From Guillardia theta CCMP2712 (lineage: Eukaryota > Protista > Cryptophyta), in assembly GCF_000315625.1 (NCBI RefSeq), contig NW_005434628.1, positions 514,362 through 578,361 on the forward strand: 64,000 nt of DNA. The letters are read 5' to 3'. The notes beneath the pieces are model-generated. The model was not told where the DNA came from. It did no database searches and was given only the letters and a program-made list of their open reading frames with translations. The position numbers were made by a program, and so were the translations under genes. This document shows, one piece after another, positions 37,362-47,600 of this stretch; positions within the stretch are counted from its first letter, which is position 1, and every line of letters begins with the position of its first letter.

Positions 37362-40075
37362 TTAAAACTCGACCTCAGAATCATGTAAAAAGTTCACACA
37401 GTTCACCATGTAAATGTTCTTGCTGTTAATTTCTCCAGTCTTTGTCTGTCGTTTCTTCCTACGTATCTTTTCTATGCTTGATCGTGCTTGCTTGTAGATT
37501 GTGTGTGTCCTGATACCGAAAGAAAGCCTAGCAAGTTCAAGGTACCCCACCTTGAGGAAGTTGTCATGCTGACCAAGTTGTCATGCTAGGTCAGCATGAC
37601 ATGCATATCAACAGCAAGCCATGAATTACTTGATTGGAGCTCGGAAACAGAAGATTTGTTGTGTCAATCTGTCATTCGTTCGTACAATATGCTAATGAGC
37701 CACCCGTTTACGGCAATCACACCGAGGCTGTTCTCCAAATCCTCTTTCTGCTGATTGACTGGAAGCTGGAAATCAAACCGTTCAAAAGTTATGGATAAAA
37801 ATCAAAACGAACACGGCTGCATTGCTTTCACTCAAACTCTGTTGATGACTTTGAGTTTGTAGAGCTTGCTCTTCCATAAGGCGGATCTTGACAGGCTTTG
37901 CTTTCTTGTTGGGTGATGTATCCAGCAGAGAAGAAGGTTGGAGCGAACATGCTGCTGAGGGGCTCCAATCGGAGTTTTGAGACTTCCCGACAGCACACCT
38001 TGACCCCAGCACTGCCAACACTGATAACCGGCAGCATTATGATTGCCAGCTGTGCGTTACTCTTCCTTGGCTGCTTTTTGTGACGTTCTTGTTGTGCATG
38101 CTACCAAGATCAGACTGAAAGTGTGCATGCTACCAAGATCAGACTGAAAGTGCGCACAGCGATTTGTTCTTGTCACAACATTTGTGTGATGACATGGGAG
38201 GATGAAATGCAACAATCATCGATTATGGCTGTGCTGCAACTCAAGGCGTTGAGTATGAGCAGCAAGCAAGTCAAAAAGAGCTGAGGTCAGAGCCGGCAGA
38301 CAGTCTTCTCTTCGAGCCCAAGCCAAACTCAGCTTCGTCGGACTCATTTCGAGCTATTTCTGCAAAGCAACATCTTGTACATCCCCTCAGCCTAGGCTAC
38401 TCTTTACTTCTGCTCAATCTTGCCACCGTTCTCTAAAGCCTTCTGTATTATGCTGTAATGGTCGATCCTTTTTGTTTGAAATTCATAATTGATCGCTTTT
38501 CTCTTCCTGTTTTTGAGGTTGCGACACCAACCAACCCATCTCCACTTCAATGCGCTCACGTGCCGGATCGGATCTGCATGAATTCTAAATCGACTTTATC
38601 ACCACAAGATTTCTCTCCTCACCTGGTCTTTGGTAGTGCAGAACAACCTGGACTGATACCATCTTCTATCTCCGATGAAGAGCTTGTCCTGGGTGCGGCA
38701 AGTCACAAGGTTATGATGTCATAATCACAAAGTATACTCATTCACTCCATCTCCTATTGGGTTTGTTGATTTTCGTGTAGGAAAGGGCAAGCAACATGCC
38801 GCGCTCTCCGAGTAAGAAGGTAAAGGATCATTCAACAGCCTGCAGATGATGTTATAATCATCTTACTTGAGAAGAAACGATTCTCATACCTCCGTTCAAT
38901 CAATGTTCTACGACGCGCGCGATTCACCGGGTTGTAAATTTCTGTTTTTTGAAAGTATTCTCGTTTCGAATCAAATTTTCCTAAAGTTTTGTTTACATCC
39001 ATACAATTCTTTTCCACGGATGTTTCTGTGACGGCTTCTGTTCCAATTGGTTTGTCCAGCAACAGTTGTTGGTTCTCGCCTTGGTTGTCGTATTCTCTGA
39101 CTGTACAATCGTCAAGCTTATTTTCTGAACCATTCAAAGCACCACTTGGATAACTAAAGACACGTCTTCCTGTCTTCTCCATTGATTGCTCAGCTACATC
39201 CAAGCCGACTTCCTTAATCGTATCACCAAAACGAGTCTCATTCACAGTCTTGAGAGGCTGGAACTTGAAGTCTGAGTTTTGAATATACGAAGATAACAAT
39301 CCTAGTTCCATTTCGATTGATATGCCTTGTTGCGATCTGCAGATTCTATCAGTTCCATTGCGGAAAAGAAACGACATGATGGGTCTTACCTTCTTCTATC
39401 AGAGAATTTCTTCCCTCTAGTTTCCCTTCGCTTCCAATACCGTAGTACTCGTTCAAAGACGTTGGAACTATGATCCGGGAACATGTCAGGCCCAAACTCG
39501 GCATGGTCAGAGAGATCCTCGTCGCCGTCAAAGGATGCCCCGATCCCATCGTATCTTGAGCGATGTCTTGACGGCCTGAGGGTTGGCCAGCGAAGCAAGT
39601 CATGTCGGACCCGGTCAAACGCTCGAGCCCCATCCCCTGAGTAGAGCGCCGCATCCTCCAGCTTGCCCAACCTCCGCCCTTGTTTGGGTACAAACTGACC
39701 ATCCATCAAGTATCCGAAAGATGCTTCTGCTGATATCTGACGCCTGCAGTGCAGCTCTTCAAGCCAAGCTGGTCGATGAGGCTCCTTCACAAGCTTCGAG
39801 AAGAGGAGCTCCGGTCGCTGGTGGGCAGACCCTTCCGACAGCATCGTCGCCATACCTCCTGACAGATCGGGGGTACTCTTGCTTGTCCTGGCAAACTCCT
39901 CTAGATGCGGCAACGCTCTTTCAGGTTGCTCAAGAAGCTTCGAGAAGAGGAGCTCCGGTCGCTGGTGGGCAGACCCTTCCGACAGCATCGTCACGTTTGA
40001 AGGAGAGTCTTGTGTATTGTCAAGCTCACATGATGCAGGCTTTTGGATGCGGCAACGCTCTTTCAGGTTGCTCAA
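37362..40075 (-). CDS. Low-complexity coding segments, probably the cytoplasmic tail of the Cys-rich membrane protein
   Basis: ORF 39386-40075 shares the MLSEGSAHQRPELLFSKL repeat with the end of ORF 40026-42485 and ends at a GTAAG donor. Further minus-strand ORFs lie at 38832-39377 and below; their linkage is inferred. Confidence 0.4.
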
Positions 40076-41552
40076 GAAGCTTCGAGAAGAGGAGCTCCGG
40101 TCGCTGGTGGGCAGACCCTTCCGACAGCATCGCGTGTGTTGCTTCCGATTGTTGGTCAGAGCTTCTGGCTATCTCTTGAGTACTTGAAGACGCTGTGGAG
40201 TTGCTAGATTGACCACCAGTAGTAGAAGAGCCTTCGAGACTGCACAAACCTTTTTCTATTTCATGGTCCGTGGAGCAAGAGCTTGCAGTGAGAGCATCCT
40301 CATTTGAAGTGCTTAGCTGCTCCTGAAACCCAAACTTCCCTAGAGTTGACATCCTTCGGATTGCAACTGTAAGGTTTTTTGCGACATAAGCCTTGTTTCT
40401 TCTCAAAGCAAATACCAGGATCAGACTGCCACAGCTGGCACCAACGATACTGAGGATGACATGAAGCTGTGGCCCTGCTTGCTTCTGGTTCTCTTCGACG
40501 ATTCTACTTTGTACCTTCACCCGCCATCCGAACCTCTTGAAGAGGGCGTCTGCGAGGTCATTGTCTGCCTTGTACTTCAGTTCATTTGCATTCTCAGTGG
40601 AGACAGCAAGTATACGGAAAGATGGCTGGACAATAGTTGATTGCCTGCGATTCAACCCCTGGAAGGAGAGTGTAGTTATTACTTCAAGCCATGTTTTCAG
40701 AGTCGTCGCTATCGTCTCCACTGTCGGATCAAGCTGGCTGATGTCAACGTTTTTCGCGTCATCGGAAGACATGATGAGGTCTATCAATAAGTAAGCAAAC
40801 GGCTTAACCAGAATATTCTTTGAAGCGACTGAACTTTCTCTGCCAAAACAGCAGGTCTTTGCCTGGAAACTTGATGATGCGAGAACAATCTTGACGACGC
40901 TATTTGATGTTCTGTCAGTGGAAGGACATGCCAGGCTTTCGTCGTTTAGGCCTGCAGCAATGCTACACATGTCGGGCAACCCATTGGCATTCACGACAGC
41001 GTAGGACTGATAAGCTCCATTCGTGTCCTGTACTCCCACAATCCTCAAGGAAGGAGCCAACGGCAAGATTTCAACGGGAGTCGTCGTAACAAAACCTTCT
41101 TTCACACAAGCCAAAGCACTAGTCGCACCCTCAACGAAACTGTTAGTCCCTTCCATACAAGGCGTACATTGACTGTTTCCGACAGTGTCCTTGTAAAACC
41201 CTTTTGAACATGGAGAGCACGAGCTCAAGGCATCCTTGAAAAACCCTTTTGAACACAAGCAGTCACTCAAAGATGTCGAGCCAGCACTTGACGTTGAGTT
41301 TGGGAAACATTCATAGCAGGCAACAGAACCAGAGGAAGCAGGAATTCCATTGTACGTGCCTGGCGGACACATTATACACTCAAGCCCACTTGCCGACAAG
41401 TACGTTCCTGCACCACAGGGTCGACAACCTCCCGCCTTGTCTAAAGAAGGAACTGAGCCAGGAGAGCAAACGCAGTCGGACGGTAACGAGCTCCCCTCAG
41501 CTGAAACCATATATGATCCACAACTCACACAACTACTTGAAGCAACACGACT

Positions 41553-44498
41553 GCTGTACGTGCCGGGCGGGCATGCTGAGCAGCTCTTGAGGCCTTTCTC
41601 AGGCTTGTAGTACCCCGGCGGACACATCCTGCAGGCTGCGTACCCGGGCGTGGTGTTTGACGTTGGGCCGGAAGGGACGACCTGCAAGCTCAGGTTGGGC
41701 CCAGGCACGAGGCTTCCGTTGCCCGGCACCAGCATGTAGCCTGCCTCGCATCCGCAGTCGGCTTGTGACACGCTGCCCGCCGCAGACGAGGAATGCGGGG
41801 GACAGGCCGTGCAGCTCGTCGCTCCGCCCTCGGACGCGTATGACCCCGCCGGACAGTTCGTACATGTCCCGTTGCCGGGCCCCGGCTTGTAAGTTCCTGG
41901 CTGGCACGGATCGCAGCCGAAGCGATCGAGGGGCTGCTGCCCGCCTGCGGAGACGTTGGCAAGCCAGCCAGGGCTGAAGCCCGGCAAGCACTCACAGTCG
42001 CTGATGGATGTGCTCTGTGCGGGAGAGGTTTGATGGCTACCGCATCTCTTACAGTACGTCGCTCCAAGCTCGTCGTTGTAGTGTCCTGCTGGACATGAGC
42101 TGCAGGCAGTGGAGCCATTCGGACTGCTGAAGAAGCCCAAGTCGCACAGACAGTCGTGTATGCTGGAGGATCCGGCTTGCGATTGCGTGTGCGACGGGCA
42201 GTGTTGACAGAAAGTAAGTCGGCTCTCGTTGTTGTACGTTCCTGGCAGACATGTGACGCAGTCACCACTCTTGGGGTCCATGTACATGCCGCTCATGCAT
42301 TGACAATCCAGGCGGTCGATCCCTGGAGGTCGCTGTAGGACCCAGCAGCGCACGGGCTGCAAGCTGGGCCCCATCGCCTTGCGCCCGACAGGTTGGCCAG
42401 CGGGCTGGCGTCGTAGAAGCCGGCATGACACTTGCACTCCCATACAAACGAGCTGCCTGCCGCCGAGACCGCATTGGCAGGGCACTGCGCACAGACGGAG
42501 GAGCCCGTGCCGTTGCTGTAGCTTCCCTCAGCGCATGGCCGGCAATCTGGCCCGCCCGCGCGGGAAGCGTTCGCAGCAGCGTTGACCCCCTGCCTAGTCA
42601 TCGACCCCGCCCCAGCGTCGTAGAAGCCTCCCTCGCAGATGCAGTCTGCCTGCGACGAGCTGCCCCGGAGGGAGGTCGAGTGGGTAGGACAGCCCGTGCA
42701 TCCCGTCGCACCCCAGGCCTCGAGAGCAGCAGACGAGCTGCAGTTACCGGAGCAGGAGGCGGCGCGTGACCCGTTGCTGTACGTGCCGGGCGGGCATGCT
42801 GAGCAGCTCTTGAGGCCTTTCTCAGGCTTGTAGTACCCCGGCGGACACATCCTGCAGGCTGCGTACCCGGGCGTGGTGTTTGACGTTGGGCCGGAAGGGA
42901 CGACCTGCAAGCTCAGGTTGGGCCCAGGCACGAGGCTTCCGTTGCCCGGCACCAGCATGTAGCCTGCCTCGCATCCGCAGTCGGCTTGTGACACGCTGCC
43001 CGCCGCAGACGAGGAATGCGGGGGACAGGCCGTGCAGCTCGTCGCTCCGCCCTCGGACGCGTATGACCCCGCCGGACAGTTCGTACATGTCCCGTTGCCG
43101 GGCCCCGGCTTGTAAGTTCCTGGCTGGCACGGATCGCAGCCGAAGCGATCGAGGGGCTGCTGCCCGCCTGCGGAGACGTTGGCAAGCCAGCCAGGGCTGA
43201 AGCCCGGCAAGCACTCACAGTCGCTGATGGATGTGCTCTGTGCGGGAGAGGTTTGATGGCTACCGCATCTCTTACAGTACGTCGCTCCAAGCTCGTCGTT
43301 GTAGTGTCCTGCTGGACATGAGCTGCAGGCAGTGGAGCCATTCGGACTGCTGAAGAAGCCCAAGTCGCACAGACAGTCGTGTATGCTGGAGGATCCGGCT
43401 TGCGATTGCGTGTGCGACGGGCAGTGTTGACAGAAAGTAAGTCGGCTCTCGTTGTTGTACGTTCCTGGCAGACATGTGACGCAGTCACCACTCTTGGGGT
43501 CCATGTACATGCCGCTCATGCATTGACAATCGAGGATGCTGGTGCTGCCCGTAAGCCTGGACGTCATACCTGCGGGGCAGGCTGTGCAGGCGGTCGATCC
43601 CTGGAGGTCGCTGTAGGACCCAGCAGCGCACGGGCTGCAAGCTGGGCCCCATCGCCTTGCGCCCGACAGGTTGGCCAGCGGGCTGGCGTCGTAGAAGCCG
43701 GCATGACACTTGCACTCCCATACAAACGAGCTGCCTGCCGCCGAGACCGCATTGGCAGGGCACTGCGCACAGACGGAGGAGCCCGTGCCGTTGCTGTAGC
43801 TTCCCTCAGCGCATGGCCGGCAATCTGGCCCGCCCGCGCGGGAAGCGTTCGCAGCAGCGTTGACCCCCTGCCTAGTCATCGACCCCGCCCCAGCGTCGTA
43901 GAAGCCTCCCTCGCAGATGCAGTCTGCCTGCGACGAGCTGCCCCGGAGGGAGGTCGAGTGGGTAGGACAGCCCGTGCATCCCGTCGCACCCCAGGCCTCG
44001 AGAGCAGCAGACGAGCTGCAGTTACCGGAGCAGGAGGCGGCGCGTGACCCGTTGCTGTACGTGCCGGGCGGGCATGCTGAGCAGCTCTTGAGGCCTTTCT
44101 CAGGCTTGTAGTACCCCGGCGGACACATCCTGCAGGCTGCGTACCCGGGCGTGGTGTTTGACGTTGGGCCGGAAGGGACGACCTGCAAGCTCAGGTTGGG
44201 CCCAGGCACGAGGCTTCCGTTGCCCGGCACCAGCATGTAGCCTGCCTCGCATCCGCAGTCGGCTTGTGACACGCTGCCCGCCGCAGACGAGGAATGCGGG
44301 GGACAGGCCGTGCAGCTCGTCGCTCCGCCCTCGGACGCGTATGACCCCGCCGGACAGTTCGTACATGTCCCGTTGCCGGGCCCCGGCTTGTAAGTTCCTG
44401 GCTGGCACGGATCGCAGCCGAAGCGATCGAGGGGCTGCTGCCCGCCTGCGGAGACGTTGGCAAGCCAGCCAGGGCTGAAGCCCGGCAAGCACTCACAG
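41553..44498. repeat. Tandem segmental repeat of coding DNA, periods 1223 and 1278 bp (about 2.3 copies)
   Basis: Identical ORFs recur at 41599/42822/44100 and 41657/42880/44158. The periods differ by a 55-bp deletion at 42308/42309. Confidence 0.95.
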
Positions 44499-44649
44499 CC
44501 AGAAGTTTGATTTTGTGCTGTTAATGGAAAGACACACACTGGAATCCATCCTGTTGAACGTTCCTGACAATTGGTTCCCCAGACCTGCTGGACATGAGCT
44601 GCAGGCAGTGGAGCCATTCGGACTGCTGAAGAAGCCCAAGTCGCACAGA

Positions 44650-47600
44650 CCCTCTTCTCTCCACGCCTCCTCTGATCCCCTTGGTCCTGCACCTCCTGCA
44701 CCTCCTGCACCTCCTGCACCTTCCTGCACCTCCTGCTCTTCCTGCACCTCCGCTTTCCTTCGGCCTACTGACCTGCATGAGCTGTCCTTCCCGCGACACC
44801 GTCCGTGTCCGCTGCAGTTAACTTTGGCTATGCACCTTCCTTCACACTCGCCGCCGTATCGGTTTCTTGTGCAAGCCTCGCACATCATGCCCGAGTATCC
44901 TCCGTAGCACTCGCACCGACCTTGCACGCATCGCCTCCCGTCTCCCAGGCAGTCCATGTCGGACCGACATGTTCCGTTGTGATCTGCCGTACTGTTGGCT
45001 ATGATGTCCGAGCAGTTGGGTCCTGTGTATCCCCTGAAGCACCTGGACCGACCCCGTCAGTAAGGTACAGGAGCGGCAAGCGGGAGGAAAGAAGACCCCA
45101 CAGTAAGCAGAACACAGCAGGACCAAGGCTCGCGCCCTCTCTAGCCTCCTCTGATCCCCTTGGTCCTGCACCTCCTGCACCTTCCTGCACCTCCTGCACC
45201 TTCCTGCACCTCCTGCACCTTCCTGCACCTCCGCTCTCCTTCGGCCTACTGACCTGCATGAGCTGTCCTTCCCGCGACACCGTCCGTGTCCGCTGCAGTT
45301 AACTTTGGCTATGCACCTTCCTTCACACTCGCCGCCGTATCGGTTTCTTGTGCAAGCCTCGCACATCATGCCCGAGTATCCTCCCTAGCAATCGCAACCG
45401 ACTTTGCACGCATCGCCTCCCGTCTCCCAGGCAGTCCATGTCGGACCGACATGTTCCGTTGTGATCTGCCGTACTGTTGGCTATGATGTCCGAGCAGTTG
45501 GGTCCTGTGTATCCCCTGAAGCACCTGGACCGACCCCGTCAGTAAGGTACAGGAGCGGCAAGCGGGAGGAAAGAAGACCCCACAGTAAGCAGAACACAGC
45601 AGGACCAAGGCTCGCGCCCTCTCTACCCCCCTTCTTCTCTCGCTCTGCTCTCCTGGCCTCCTCTGATCCCCTTGGTCCTGCACCTCCTGCACCTTCCTGC
45701 ACCTCCTGCGCCCTCCTGCACCTCCGCTTTCCTTCGGCCTACTGACCTGCATGAGCTGTCCTTCCCGCGACACCGTCCGTGTCCGCTGCAGTTAACTTTG
45801 GCTATGCACCTTCCTTCACACTCGCCGCCGTATCGGTTTCTTGTGCAAGCCTCGCACATCATGCCCGAGTATCCTCCGTAGCACTCGCACCGACCTTGCA
45901 CGCATCGCCTCCCGTCTCCCAGGCAGTCCATGTCGGACCGACATGTTCCGTTGTGATCTGCCGTACTGTTGGCTATGATGTCCGAGCAGTTGGGTCCTGT
46001 GTATCCCCTGAAGCACCTGGACCGACCCCGTCAGTAAGGTACAGGAGCGGCAAGCGGGAGGAAAGAAGACCCCACAGTAAGCAGAACACAGCAGGACCAA
46101 GGCTCGCGCCCTCTCTACCCCCTTTCTTCTCTCGCTCTGCTCTCCGAGCCTCCTCTGATCCCCTTGGTCTTGCACGTCCTGCACCATCCTGCACCTCTGC
46201 ACCTCCTGCACCTCCTGCACCTCCTGCACCTCCTGCACCTTCCTGCACCTCCGCTTTCCTTCGGCCTACTGACCTGCATGAGCTGTCCTTCCCGCGACAC
46301 CGTCCGTGTCCGCTGCAGTTAACTTTGGCTATGCACCTTCCTTCACACTCGCCGCCGTATCGGTTTCTTGTGCAAGCCTCGCACATCATGCCCGAGTATC
46401 CTCCGTAGCACTCGCACCGACCTTGCACGCATCGCCTCCCGTCTCCCAGGCAGTCCATGTCGGACCGACATGTTCCGTTGTGATCTGCCGTACTGTTGGC
46501 TATGATGTCCGAGCAGTTGGGTCCTGTGTATCCCCTGAAGCACCTGGACCGACCCCGTCAGTAAGGTACAGGAGCGGCAAGCGGGAGGAAAGAAGACCCC
46601 ACAGTAAGCAGAACACAGCAGGACCAAGGCTCGCGCCCTCTCTACCCCCCTTCTTCTCTCGCTCTGCTCTCCGAGCCTCCTCTGATCCCCTTGGTCCTGC
46701 ACCTTCCTGCACCTCCTGCACCTCCTGCACCTTCCTGCTCCTTCGGCCTACTGACCTGCATGAGCTGTCCTTCCCGCGACACCGTCCGTGTCCGCTGCAG
46801 TTAACGCGACACCGTCCGTGTCCGCTGCAGTTAACTTTGGCTATGCACCTTCCTTCACACTCGCCGCCGTATCGGTTTCTTGTGCAAGCCTCGCACATCA
46901 TGCCCGAGTATCCTCCGTAGCACTCGCACCGACCTTGCACGCATCGCCTCCCGTCTCCCAGGCAGTCCATGTCGGACCGACATGTTCCGTTGTGATCTGC
47001 CGTACTGTTGGCTATGATGTCCGAGCAGTTGGGTCCTGTGTATCCCCTGAAGCACCTGGACCGACCCCGTCAGTAAGGTACAGGAGCGGCAAGCGGGAGG
47101 AAAGAAGACCCCACAGTAAGCAGAACACAGCAGGACCAAGGCTCGCGCCCTCTCTACCCCCCTTCTTCTCTCGCTCTGCTCTCCTGGCCTCCTCTGATCC
47201 CCTTGGTCCTGCACCTTCCTGCACCTTCCTGCACCTTCCTGCACTTCCTGCACCTTCCTGCACCTCCTGCATCTCCTGCACCTTCCTGCACCTCCTGCAC
47301 CTTCGCTCTCCTTCGGCCTACTGACCTGCATGAGCTGTCCTTCCCGCGACACCGTCCGTGTCCGCTGCAGTTAACTTTGGCTATGCACCTTCCTTCACAC
47401 TCGCCGCCGTATCGGTTTCTTGTGCAAGCCTCGCACATCATGCCCGAGTATCCTCCGTAGCACTCGCACCGACCTTGCACGCATCGCCTCCCGTCTCCCA
47501 GGCAGTCCATGTCGGACCGACATGTTCCGTTGTGATCTGCCGTACTGTTGGCTATGATGTCCGAGCAGTTGGGTCCTGTGTATCCCCTGAAGCACCTGGA

